Source: Chloropicon primus (Eukaryota). From it: a DNA stretch of 64,000 bases. Below the pieces are notes generated by a model. It worked only from the letters and a program-made list of their open reading frames with translations. It made no database searches and was not told the origin of the DNA. Positions 1-9,522 of this stretch are shown here, piece by piece. A program made the position numbers and the translations under genes. The stretch is from positions 806,001-870,000 of the forward strand of contig CP060756.1 of the NCBI GenBank assembly GCA_023205875.1, read 5' to 3'. Positions within the stretch are counted from its first letter, which is position 1. Each line of letters begins with the position of its first letter.

Positions 1-236
1 CGCCACCGAGTACGACATTGGAGCCGTCAAGTCCAACTTCAGGCCGCAGTGGGAGTAAGTGCACAACAACAACAACAAGCGTGGCTCCCTTTCGATCCCT
101 TCCCCCCCTTTCTCCCTCGATCTCGCCCCTCCGCAGGGGGACACAGAGGACTGACGGATGGCTCTCTCTCCTTCGCGTGTGTGTGTGCGTTCGCAGGAGG
201 CAAAAGTTCTACCACGAGACTCCTTGGTCTGGATAG
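1..236 (+). CDS. 3' end of an unidentified gene entering from the left edge; probable intron 55-196
   Basis: Frame from nt 2 reads ATEYDIGAVKSNFRPQW. GTAAGT donor at 55, CTGAC at 151 and CAG acceptor at 196 splice to ERQKFYHETPWSG* (TAG 234-236). If unspliced it stops at TAA 56-58. Confidence 0.5.
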   Translation, partial: PPSTTLEPSSPTSGRSGSKCTTTTTSVAPFRSLPPLSPSISPLRRGTQRTDGWLSLLRVCVCVRRRQKFYHETPWSG

Positions 237-393
237 ACAACAACAGCAACAGACGACAACACACAACAGACGACACGAGAGAGAAACAAACCTTTGGAGA
301 AGATCTCGTCTTTCTTGCTTCCGCGGGGGACAGGAGATCCCCCCGTTTGTTTAATAATAGAATCATCATCCTTTCCCTTTCTTTCCCCTCACT

Positions 394-430
394 CCCTCAT
401 CTTCCTCATCTTCCTCATCTTCCTCATCTT
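394..430 (+). repeat. (CCTCATCTT)x4 tandem repeat upstream of the RluA-family gene
   Basis: Read directly from the sequence. Confidence 0.8.
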
Positions 431-483
431 CCCCCTCACGTCCCTCAGCATCCCAGACTCAAAAGGTGCTGCTGGTGCTGGTC

Positions 484-1824
484 ATGGCGCGTGGACTCCT
501 CGTGTCGAGGCGGATGTGCTTGTCCTCCTTGGCGAGGGGGAGGACCGCCGCCGCGCCCCAAGCCCTTCGATGCCGGGCCTGGTGCTCTTCCCCCTCCGAC
601 CGCGACGACGGCGCGTCGACCTCGGGGAGGACGGCCACCACGAGGGAGGACGAGGACCATCACCACCACCGCAAGGGAGGAGTGGTGGATGGAGGGGGCC
701 GGACTTCCCTGTTCGTGGTGCCCGGGGGGGTCGGGGGTCGAGGGAGCAAGGGGGCAGTGCGGCTGGACGCTTTTCTTTCCGATCAGCTCGTGGAGAGGAA
801 CCTGAGTAGAGCGAGGATCCAGGAGAGCGTGCGGGCGGGGACGGCGACGGTGAACGGGCGCGTGCAGGTGAAGCCGGCGTACAAGCTCCGCCCGGGGGAC
901 GAGGTGGTGTGCGAGATCCTGGATCGCCCCCCCCTCGACGTGGAGCCGGAGGACATTCCCCTCGACGTGGTTTACGAGGACGACTGCCTCCTGGTCGTCG
1001 ACAAGCCTGCGGGTCTGGTGGTCCACCCGGCCCCGGGCAACCACGGAGGGACCCTGGTGAACGCGGTTCTGCACCACTGCAACCTCCCTGGGCTGCGGGT
1101 GGGGGGGCTGGACGAGGGGGAGGACGGCGAGGGCGAGGGGAACGGCGAGGGCGCGTCGTCCCCCCACCCTTACCGCAAGGCGGAGCTGATGTATGGGAGC
1201 GTCCCGGTGCCGAGGCCCGGAATCGTCCACCGGCTGGACAAGGGGACCAGCGGACTGATGGTGGTGGCGAAGGACGACCTGGCGCGCGAGAGCTTGCAGC
1301 TCCAGTTCCGGGAGAGGACTGTGGAGCGCAAGTACCTCTCCATCTTGTGCGGCCAGATACAGGCGGCCGCTCGGGGGGGGGAGGACGGTGTTGGCGCGGA
1401 GGGGAGGGTCGTCACGGCCATCGGCAGGGACAGGAGGGAGCGAACCCGCATGGCAGCCTTCCCGATCCAGGGCGTGGAGCACAAGCCGCACTTGAAGAGG
1501 GCGTCCAGCAGGTACTCGATCCAAGAGGTCCTCGCGGGGGGGGCGGCCTCCCTCGTCTCCTGGAGACTGGAAACCGGTAGAACCCACCAGATCCGAGTCC
1601 ACGCCAAGTTCTTGAACGCCCCCCTCCTGGGGGACGTGACCTACGGGGGCAGGACCGAGCTCGCTGGCCTTGGAACGATGCAGCGGCCCGCTCTGCACGC
1701 CGCGACCCTCGGGTTCGACCACCCCAAGACGGGGAAGAGGCTCAAGTTCGAGAGGGACGCGCCCGAAGACTTCCTCGCCGCGCTGAGAGACTTGCGCCGC
1801 CACCGGCAACCCACCAGCACGTAG
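484..1824 (+). CDS. RluA/RluD-family RNA pseudouridine synthase with S4 domain, organelle-targeted
   Basis: RLDAFL S4 start; VVDKPAGLVVHP; catalytic HRLDKGTSG; LETGRTHQIRVH; ALHAATLGFDHP; first in-frame ATG at 484. Confidence 0.93.
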   Translation: MARGLLVSRRMCLSSLARGRTAAAPQALRCRAWCSSPSDRDDGASTSGRTATTREDEDHHHHRKGGVVDGGGRTSLFVVPGGVGGRGSKGAVRLDAFLSDQLVERNLSRARIQESVRAGTATVNGRVQVKPAYKLRPGDEVVCEILDRPPLDVEPEDIPLDVVYEDDCLLVVDKPAGLVVHPAPGNHGGTLVNAVLHHCNLPGLRVGGLDEGEDGEGEGNGEGASSPHPYRKAELMYGSVPVPRPGIVHRLDKGTSGLMVVAKDDLARESLQLQFRERTVERKYLSILCGQIQAAARGGEDGVGAEGRVVTAIGRDRRERTRMAAFPIQGVEHKPHLKRASSRYSIQEVLAGGAASLVSWRLETGRTHQIRVHAKFLNAPLLGDVTYGGRTELAGLGTMQRPALHAATLGFDHPKTGKRLKFERDAPEDFLAALRDLRRHRQPTST

Positions 1825-1950
1825 TGGTGGTGGGTTGCACACGCATTGCATTGTCTGTAATTCACTCCATTATTGGCTTCTCCTCTCCCGGATTTTGCAA
1901 AATCTTATCCTCTTTGGCCTTGGGGTCGGGGACCGTTACCAACACACACT

Positions 1951-2932
1951 ATGAAGCTCTCGATCTTCAAGCCGAAGCGCGCGCAGGTGGACGAGGTCCT
2001 GGCCGGCGCGGAGTAAGTCGACCAGCCCTTTCCGAAACTCTCTCTGCCTTGTTCTTCGGCGGCCCGTCGCTGCGAAAAGCAACAACAAGAAAAGCCTGAC
2101 TTTCGCAAAACCGCCCACCTTTGCCTCTCTCTCTCTCTCTCGTCTCCCTTCGCCTTCGCCGACGCAAACGAAGCAGGGGGCTGAACTACGATGCGAAGTG
2201 CGGCACGAAGGACCTCGAGGACGCGTCGCGCGTGAAGGATCTCAAGTCGCGGGGGTACCGCATCTGCAGCAGAAAGGTTCAGGTCGGGCATGGCTGGGAC
2301 GACTACCGTAAGGCCAAGTCGAAACTGAAGGCGTGGGAGCACGTGAAGCTCGGCTGGACGGCCGTCGTTCCCGACGCTCCGCCGAAGAGGGGCTCGGACT
2401 TTTGCATCTGCGCCAGGGTCCTCGGGATTTGGATCACGAACCCCCTCAACACCGTGTAAGTGGATCACAGCAGGGTCCTCGCGGGGGAGCTCCTCGCGCG
2501 TCGCTCGTGTGTTTAGGGGGGAGAGAGCAACAACAACAGCTCGACTCAACTGAAGTGAAGTGAACTGAAACTTATTTGTCTTTCTGCCTTACTTATTTAC
2601 ACTTTACACACCTGCAACACAGGTATGTGGAGAACAAGAGGACCAAGGTCCCGCTGCTGAACTTGCTTCCCGTGCTGCCGCTGGGCTACAACTCGGCGAG
2701 GTACTCGTTCGCCGGGGGGACGAAGAAGGGCCACCTTCTCGCGGGGGAGGAGAGGTTCTCCCTCTCCATCGACAGGAAGACCAAGTCCGTCGACTACCAG
2801 ATCTCTTCGCTCTCCAAGCCGGACCACATTCTGTCCACGGTGGGGTACCCCCTGGTCTGCCTGCTGCAGAGCTGCTTCATACGCCAGTCAACTCGCTCGT
2901 TTGCTCGCAAGATGAAGAAGCCCGACGAGTAG
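1951..2932 (+). CDS. DUF1990/UPF0548-family protein; 3 exons (introns 2013-2176 and 2456-2622)
   Basis: Spliced product MKLSIFKPKRAQVDEVLAGAE/GLNYD...VGHGWDDYRKAK...W...NPLNTV/YVE...GTKKGHLLAGEERF; both GT-AG junctions keep the frame. Confidence 0.85.
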
Positions 2933-4451
2933 TGGAAGGCTCCGACTCCTTGAAGAAGTCGTACCCCTCGTCCACGTCCTCGATTTGGGGGAACAGCATC
3001 ACGGTGTCCACGGCCTCCTTTGCGTCCAGTTGTCCGTCCACGACCTGGGCCACCGCTGTGAGCACGGGCAGGATGAGGTTGTACTTCTTCGCCAGGGCAA
3101 TCACGACCTCCGCGGTCTTGACGCCTTCCGCGACCTGAGGACGACCAAGAAGAACACGTTGCGCAGAGACACGGGAGAGAGAGAGAGAGAGAACGAACGA
3201 AAGAAATTCACGGGGAATTGTAAGAGAAAGTTTTCGCTTCCGAGTCGTCACGCGCCGCGCCTCCCTCTCCAAAAAAAAACTACTCACCTGCGTCATCGAC
3301 GACAGGATCTCCTGCAGACTCTCCCCTCGCCCGAGCCTGACCCCCACGGTGCGATTCCTGGAGAGGTTCACGAAAGAGGTGAGCATGATGTCCCCAACCC
3401 CTGCCACCCCGGTGACGGTGGAAGCCTCCCCGCCCATTCTAACGGCCAGCCACCTGATCTCCGCGGTCCCCTGAGCCACGAGGGCGGACAGGGCGTTGTT
3501 CCCCAGACCGAGGCCGTCCACAATCCCGGCCGCGATGGCCACGACGTTCTTCAAGGCCCCGACGATCTCGACGCCAACCACGTCCCTCGTCGTGTTCACC
3601 CGGAGGGTCGGCGAGGCGAAGACCGCCTGGACGGATCTGGCGTAGTTCTCGTCCTCCGAGGCCGCCACGAGGTTCGTCGGAAGCCCCTCCATCACCTCCT
3701 TGGCGAAGCTCGGGCCGGACAGAGCAACCAGAGGCTGGTCCTCGCCCAGCGCCCTCTGCAGCACCTGGTGCATCGTCAAGCCGGTGCCGACCTCCAGGCC
3801 CTTGCTCACCGAGATCACCGGGACGCTCTTCGGGACGAGGCCCTTGACCTTCTCGAGGAAACCCGTGCTCGCCTGCACGGGGATCGCGTGGACGACGTAC
3901 TGGCAGCCCTCCAGGGCCTCCCTCGGGTCCAGGGTGGCGACGACGTTGCCGGGAAGGACGTAGTCCGTGAGGTAGCGGGGGTTCCTGTGTTTGGCGTTCA
4001 TCGACTCGCACTGCTCCTCGTTCCTCACGACGACGTAGACCTTGGCCTGGCCGTATTTCTTCGCGAGCACGGTCGCTATCGCGGTCCCGAAGGACCCCGC
4101 GCCGAAGACGCACACCTTGGTTATCTCCTCCTCGAGCCGGTCGTTCACGCGCTCCGTCTCCCCCTGCTTGACCCGGGACCAAAGGATGAGCCGCCTCCAG
4201 GACTTGTTGACCGCGCGCCTGTACGCGCCATTCTCGTCCTCCCCCACCTCCAACCTCTTCCCCTCGCCTGCTCTCCCGCCCTCCGGCAGGGAGTACCCCC
4301 CCCGGCAGAGCACAGTGGAGAGGCTCCCCTCCACCTCAAGTCGTCGCCCAATTCCCAAGCCGTCGCAGCGTCGCCTCTGAGGGGCGACGGCGCGACGCGG
4401 CACCACGCGCGGGAGGACCGCCCTCGACGACGCCCTCTCCACTCTCTCCAT
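2877..4451 (-). CDS. NAD(P)H-dependent glycerol-3-phosphate dehydrogenase (GpsA-type, probably plastid); intron 3135-3287
   Basis: GAGSFGTA Rossmann motif, SKGLE, SGPSFA, GALKNV, GDIMLT, SRN. Removing the 153-nt intron restores MTQ/VAEGV. Confidence 0.93.
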   Translation of the reverse strand: MERVERASSRAVLPRVVPRRAVAPQRRRCDGLGIGRRLEVEGSLSTVLCRGGYSLPEGGRAGEGKRLEVGEDENGAYRRAVNKSWRRLILWSRVKQGETERVNDRLEEEITKVCVFGAGSFGTAIATVLAKKYGQAKVYVVVRNEEQCESMNAKHRNPRYLTDYVLPGNVVATLDPREALEGCQYVVHAIPVQASTGFLEKVKGLVPKSVPVISVSKGLEVGTGLTMHQVLQRALGEDQPLVALSGPSFAKEVMEGLPTNLVAASEDENYARSVQAVFASPTLRVNTTRDVVGVEIVGALKNVVAIAAGIVDGLGLGNNALSALVAQGTAEIRWLAVRMGGEASTVTGVAGVGDIMLTSFVNLSRNRTVGVRLGRGESLQEILSSMTQVSSFFLEREARRVTTRKRKLSLTIPREFLSFVLSLSLSRVSAQRVLLGRPQVAEGVKTAEVVIALAKKYNLILPVLTAVAQVVDGQLDAKEAVDTVMLFPQIEDVDEGYDFFKESEPSTTRRASSSCEQTSELTGV

Positions 4452-4710
4452 GATTGATACGACACGACGCGATACTCTCTCTCTCTCTCTCTCTGTTGGG
4501 TTGGTGGATAAGGGAGTTGAGGGAGCCTGTCCCATCTGTCCCATCATCGTCCTCAGTTGAGGACGCGAGAGATGAGCGGGCTGGTGGAGCAGCCAGCAGG
4601 CAGGAGAGAGGAGTTGTGGTTGGGACGAATCGCGTCGGCCCTCCCCCGGTCGTTCCAACTGGTGGCGGTCTCGTGTGTGTAAGTTACATCTCTTGTGGTG
4701 GGATGGTTTA

Positions 4711-5817
4711 TTATGCAGGGGCTGCGCTCTCGATGGCGCAGATGCACTCGTAGACGCTGGCTCCCTGGCTCATCTTTTCCATGAGCCTGTCGTAGGCCAC
4801 GGAGTGCTCGTTCAGGAGGGTGGCGGCACGGGCCACGGCCCACCGGGTGAGGTTCTGCTGCTCGCTGTCGCTCAGCTCCTTCTCCGACTTGTTGATCAGG
4901 CTCTGGAGGTCGAAGAGGTCCTCCGACTGGCCGACGATTTTTTCGTACTTGAGTGCCTCGGCGGCGACCCCGCCCATCGCGATGACCGCCAGGGAGTCCA
5001 GCTCCCTGTCCTCGAGGCGGCCCCTGTAGAGCTCGCGCTGCAGGACCGCCTTCGCCAGAGCCACTCGGGCGCCCTTGAGGGCCAACGAGTAATCAGCGAT
5101 GGGGCAGCCGTGCAGGTACGCGACCAGGAAGTGGCCCGCCTCGTGCCTCAGGGTCCTCTCCCGGTAGTCCGGGAACACGAGGCTGAACTTGTCCGTGAGG
5201 ACCGTGAGGAGACCCGGAGCGGTGCTCCCGATCGCCAGGACGACCAGGTTGATCCCGCCGATCAGGTAGGCCGAGAAGAAGCCCCAATCCCCCGGCAAGA
5301 CCGCCCCGGCCACCGTGGCCAGGACCGACGTGGAGAGGACCACCGTGGCGAGAAACGCGGCGTCGTTCCGCACGGAGGGTGTCGCGATGGCGGACGGCTC
5401 GCAGGCCAACTTATTCGGCCCCCTGGTGAGCTCGCCCGGGAACACGTTCCTCCGCACCGACGTCGCCCCCGCGGCGTTCCACAGCTTGAGCTTCCCCTCC
5501 CCCCGCAGCACCTTCATCGCCTCCAGGATCTCGCTCGTCCCCAGGGCCTGGTCCCTCTCCGAGGGCGGCCGGGCCATGAAGCTCTCCAGGGGAGCCCGCA
5601 GGGGCTCCAGCCTGCTGCTGCTTGTGGCGTGGCTGGGGGGCGCCCTGGCCGGGGAACGACCGAGACGACCATGACAACGATGATGATGATAAAGCTTCCG
5701 ATTGAAGGAAGACGACAAAGACGACGACGCTCTCGTGGCACCGGCAACGACGACGCCCCCGTGGCGGCGACGACCTGGAGACGGAGAAGCCTTTGCCTTT
5801 TCAAGGAGCACAAACAT
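4711..5817 (-). CDS. Plastid membrane protein with peptidase M41-like HEAGH zinc motif and no AAA domain (VIR3/stress-regulated protein-like)
   Basis: Transit-like N-terminus, two hydrophobic helices, RHEAGHFLVAYLHG, MGGVAAE. Confidence 0.8.
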   Translation of the reverse strand: MFVLLEKAKASPSPGRRRHGGVVVAGATRASSSLSSSFNRKLYHHHRCHGRLGRSPARAPPSHATSSSRLEPLRAPLESFMARPPSERDQALGTSEILEAMKVLRGEGKLKLWNAAGATSVRRNVFPGELTRGPNKLACEPSAIATPSVRNDAAFLATVVLSTSVLATVAGAVLPGDWGFFSAYLIGGINLVVLAIGSTAPGLLTVLTDKFSLVFPDYRERTLRHEAGHFLVAYLHGCPIADYSLALKGARVALAKAVLQRELYRGRLEDRELDSLAVIAMGGVAAEALKYEKIVGQSEDLFDLQSLINKSEKELSDSEQQNLTRWAVARAATLLNEHSVAYDRLMEKMSQGASVYECICAIESAAPA

Positions 5818-6033
5818 CTTCTTCTCTCTCTCGCTCGCTCGCTCGCTCTCGCTCTCTCTCGCTCTCGCTCTCGATCTCTGATTTTGAGGCTGAGAAAGCT
5901 GGGGCGGGGATCACATGGACATGTCTTGTCGGTGTCTCCAAGAATCAGGAGGGGTCGGAGGTTGAGTAGGACGACGACGAGAGTGTTGGGCCGGCGGGGT
6001 TCCCAAGTCAAGTTCCGACGAAGGACGACGACG

Positions 6034-7497
6034 ATGAGGATGAGGATGATGCCGCCACGCTCTCGTCATTGCTTCCTCCTCGTTCTCGTGCTCCTCGCTT
6101 GCCTTGGCCGAGGCCTCCTTGGAGTGGAGGAGGCCAGGGTGGCATCCAGGTCCTGGACTGACCCTGGCCACCGCTTGGAGGAGGCGCTGCTGTTCGTGGA
6201 GCGCAATGGCACGAGGCTTCAGACGAGCGACGGGAAGCCGTACCGCTACGTGGGGATGAACTACTGGTACGGCGCGAACCTGGGCTCTGTTGGGCCGGGG
6301 GGGGACCGGGAGAGGCTCGTCAGGGAGCTGGACGAGCTCTCGGCCCGGGGGATCAAGAACCTGAGGGTGATGGCGGGGAGCGAGGGTCCGAACACGGAGC
6401 CGTACAGGATCGTTCCTGCGATGCAGGTCGGGCCGGGCGTGTATGACCGGGACGTGGTCGAGGGGCTCGACTTCCTCCTCAAGGAGATGGGTCGGAGAAA
6501 AATGAGGGCCGTGATGTGCCTGACGAACGAGTGGATCTGGAGCGGGGGGCTCGCCCAGTACCTTGTGTGGGGGGGCTACGCGAAGAAGATTCCGGTCCAT
6601 CCGCCCGGCCCGAGCTCCTGGGAGACATTCATGCACTTCACGTCCCACGCATTTGGTCACGAGAGGACCGTGGAGCTTTACCACGACCACGTCAGGTTCA
6701 TCGTCGGCAGGAACAACTCCCTCACGGGCGTGCCGTACGCCGAGGACCCGACTATCATGTCCTGGGAGCTGGCCAACGAGCCCAGGGGGATGAGGTTCTT
6801 CGACGACTTCTTCGCTTGGGTCAAGTCGACCTCCGCCTTGATCAAGAGCCTCGACCCGAACCACCTCGTGACGATCGGTCTGGAGGGGGACACCATCGAC
6901 CCCAAGTACAACGGGATCGATTTTGAGAAGCTGAACTCCCCGAAGACGATCGACTACACCACGATCCACATCTGGGTGGAGAACTGGAAGTGGTACGACC
7001 CTTACCGCCCGGAGGCGACCTACCCGTTCGCCAAGGAGAAGTCCCTTGAGTACCTGCAGTCGCACGCGTCCAGATCCCGGAAGATCGGCAAGCCTATGGT
7101 CCTGGAGGAGTTCGGCATGGCCAGGGACAGCGACACGGGGAGGGACAGGTACCTCCCCTCGACCCCCGTGACGTGGAGGGACCACTTCTTCGACAACATG
7201 CTGTCCTGGGTGTGTCTCTTGGGCCGCGACCCGAACTCGGCGGTCGTGGGCGCCAACCTCTGGGCGTACGGGGGCGACGCCTACAAGGTCGTGAACAGCT
7301 TGTGGACCCCGGGCGGGTTGTGGAAGCCCGGGAACGCGTTCACGGGCGATCCTCCCCACGAGGCCCAGGGCTGGTACTCGATTTACTCCGAGGACAAATC
7401 CACCCTCGAGCTCATTCAGAAGTACGAGGAATGCATATCGCCGAACCCTTCGCCGCCTAGCCTGCAGGTCAGGGCGACCGTCATGGACCTGCCTTGA
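6034..7497 (+). CDS. Secreted GH5 beta-mannanase/mannosidase (GH5_7-like)
   Basis: Signal peptide FLLVLVLLACLG; GMNYWYG; WELANEP acid/base; LEEFG nucleophile; GDPPHEAQGWYSIY. The upstream part of the 940-aa ORF is antisense to the neighbouring gene. Confidence 0.9.
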   Translation: MRMRMMPPRSRHCFLLVLVLLACLGRGLLGVEEARVASRSWTDPGHRLEEALLFVERNGTRLQTSDGKPYRYVGMNYWYGANLGSVGPGGDRERLVRELDELSARGIKNLRVMAGSEGPNTEPYRIVPAMQVGPGVYDRDVVEGLDFLLKEMGRRKMRAVMCLTNEWIWSGGLAQYLVWGGYAKKIPVHPPGPSSWETFMHFTSHAFGHERTVELYHDHVRFIVGRNNSLTGVPYAEDPTIMSWELANEPRGMRFFDDFFAWVKSTSALIKSLDPNHLVTIGLEGDTIDPKYNGIDFEKLNSPKTIDYTTIHIWVENWKWYDPYRPEATYPFAKEKSLEYLQSHASRSRKIGKPMVLEEFGMARDSDTGRDRYLPSTPVTWRDHFFDNMLSWVCLLGRDPNSAVVGANLWAYGGDAYKVVNSLWTPGGLWKPGNAFTGDPPHEAQGWYSIYSEDKSTLELIQKYEECISPNPSPPSLQVRATVMDLP

Positions 7498-7601
7498 GTG
7501 CTCCCCGGACCCAGGACCGGACCAAAACCACATGTTTCAATACAATACAACACAATCGTTCCAGTCCATTCCTCCCTCGTGCTATGTAGGTGTGGTGCGA
7601 A

Positions 7602-8465
7602 TCATTTGTGTTTCTCCACCCATTCGGTAACGGCGGCGTTGGTTTCCTCGGGGTTGTCCAGCATGCACCAGTGGGATCCCTTCGCCAGGCGACGGTACTC
7701 GAAGTCCGCGCAGTGCTCGCCCGACTGCTGCATGTGCTCCTCGAGGAGGTAGGTGTCGCCGGCGCTCCAGACACCCATCGTGGGGACGGCCACCTTGGTG
7801 TAGTAGGACGTCAGCGCACCAGGGGTACGTGCCGCGAGGTACAGCGACGCGAGCGGGTTGCCGCGATCCCAGTTGCGCATGCCATTCATGGCCACCGGGT
7901 CTTTGAGACGGGCGCAGACCTCGTCCGCCTCCGGATGGGTCGGGATGATGAACTCCCGGTAAAACGCGCAGTCGTCCTTGGTGTAGAGGTCAACGATGTC
8001 GTCCTGCGTGTTGAGGTACATGTACCAGTTGTCGCGGAGGCTCTGGAGGTTGAGGCTCGTGGAGAAGACGAGCGGGTGGCTCATGGAGATGGCCACGTGG
8101 CTCTTGAACTGGTCCGGGGCGTTGATGACGAGCTCCCACGCGACGTAGCCGCCCCAGTCATGCCCGACGACGTGGCACTTGGGCAGGCCGAGCTTCGAGA
8201 TCAGCTCGAGCATATCCGGAACGATCTTCTCCCCCGCGTAGCGCTTCGGATCCGCCGGCTTGGAGGTCTTGCCGTAGCCAAGCATGTCGGGCACGACCAC
8301 GCGGTGGCCCTTCGCCACGAGCGCCGCCGCGAGACTGTCCCACATGGCGCCGGTGTCGGGCATCCCATGCACGAGCAGGATCGTCTCGCCGAGGTTGTCG
8401 CCACCATACGTCGCGACGTAGTATTCGGCACCGTTGATTGCTAGCGTTCTTTCTTCTTTCGCCAT
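7602..8465 (-). CDS. Alpha/beta hydrolase, epoxide hydrolase-like
   Basis: HGMP oxyanion motif, PDMLGYG, GHDWGG nucleophile, WYMY lid tyrosines, GSHW catalytic His. Confidence 0.9.
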   Translation of the reverse strand: MAKEERTLAINGAEYYVATYGGDNLGETILLVHGMPDTGAMWDSLAAALVAKGHRVVVPDMLGYGKTSKPADPKRYAGEKIVPDMLELISKLGLPKCHVVGHDWGGYVAWELVINAPDQFKSHVAISMSHPLVFSTSLNLQSLRDNWYMYLNTQDDIVDLYTKDDCAFYREFIIPTHPEADEVCARLKDPVAMNGMRNWDRGNPLASLYLAARTPGALTSYYTKVAVPTMGVWSAGDTYLLEEHMQQSGEHCADFEYRRLAKGSHWCMLDNPEETNAAVTEWVEKHK

Positions 8466-8619
8466 TCACACACTCTCTCTCTCTTAACGCCGCTAACGCT
8501 CCTGTCTCGTTGTGGAAGATTTCCTTTTCGATCACTTTCTCTTCCACCTTTCGCTTGCGGCGGCGAGAGCAAAGGAAGAAGCGAGCGCAAGCAGCGGCCC
8601 GGCCCAGGGGAGGGGCGTC

Positions 8620-9453
8620 ATGACTGGAGGTGCATTGAATCTTTCGGGTGGGCGGCGGCTGGTCAGCGAGCTGGACGCTCACCTCGCGGACGTCGACGAC
8701 CTGGTAGAGGTAGACGAAGGACAAGGAGGCACTCCCATGGAGGTCGAGTGCACGGATCAAAAGTGGAGGAAGCTCGTGCTGTTGGAGTACCCGCTGAGGC
8801 CTCCCGAGCGTCCTTACCGGACTGAGAGGGCGTCGGAGGTCAGGGTGAAGCCCCGCGTGCAGAGGATTGAGGTGGACGTCCCGATCGACGCGATAAACGA
8901 GAACTACAGGGACGACGGGGACCAGCGCCTGCAGGATCTGACGCTGAGGTCGAGCAACGTCGACCTGAACACGAACCACTTGGTGGGCGTCGTGAAGGAC
9001 GGGAAGCTGATTTTGGTGCCACTGGCCAAGGCCGTGCAGATGAGACCGAAGATGGACTTCGTGGGTCAGGCCGCGGCGACTGCCGTAAAGGTGGAGAGCG
9101 CCAGGACCGCGCACACCCCGAGCCACAGGGCCGGGACGGTCGGCGCGCAGCACAGCAAAGGGAGCATGGAAGTCGTGACGGTGCAAGTCGAGAGGCACGA
9201 GACCAAGAGGCAGATCGAGGCGAGGTACAGGTCGCACGCTTACCTCAGGGAGCAGGAGGAGAGTGAACCTTGGTCCAAGCTGAAAGTGACTTCGCCCTTG
9301 GAGGAGGAGGCAATCGCCGTGAGAGAAAGGTGGTCCAACCCTCCGGAGGACTACGACGCGGACGAGAGCGTTGGGAGTTCCGAGGCGAGGGAAGAGAGGC
9401 AGCGTGCGTACGTTCGGGAACTGTGCGCGAAGCCCGCCGATTCGGACGCGTAA
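8620..9453 (+). CDS. RNA polymerase III subunit RPC5/RPC37 (Sin-like N-terminal domain)
   Basis: LLEYPLRP, VKPRVQRIEVDVP, VGVVKDGKLILVPL, QMRP, EQEESEPW. Confidence 0.75.
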   Translation: MTGGALNLSGGRRLVSELDAHLADVDDLVEVDEGQGGTPMEVECTDQKWRKLVLLEYPLRPPERPYRTERASEVRVKPRVQRIEVDVPIDAINENYRDDGDQRLQDLTLRSSNVDLNTNHLVGVVKDGKLILVPLAKAVQMRPKMDFVGQAAATAVKVESARTAHTPSHRAGTVGAQHSKGSMEVVTVQVERHETKRQIEARYRSHAYLREQEESEPWSKLKVTSPLEEEAIAVRERWSNPPEDYDADESVGSSEAREERQRAYVRELCAKPADSDA

Positions 9454-9522
9454 GGAAGGTGGTGCTCTTTGTAAATTGATTGTGTGCAATAAATTAATTT
9501 AGACCTTAAAACACGCTTCTTC

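Noticed and set aside
3135..3287. Apparent 51-aa insertion in GPDH
   Set aside because: It is a stop-free in-frame intron with a GTGAGT donor, pyrimidine tract and CAG acceptor
4675..6033. N-terminal half of the 940-aa ORF, suggesting a fusion to GH5
   Set aside because: Antisense shadow of the M41-like gene plus UTR microsatellites; the GH5 signal peptide begins near 6034
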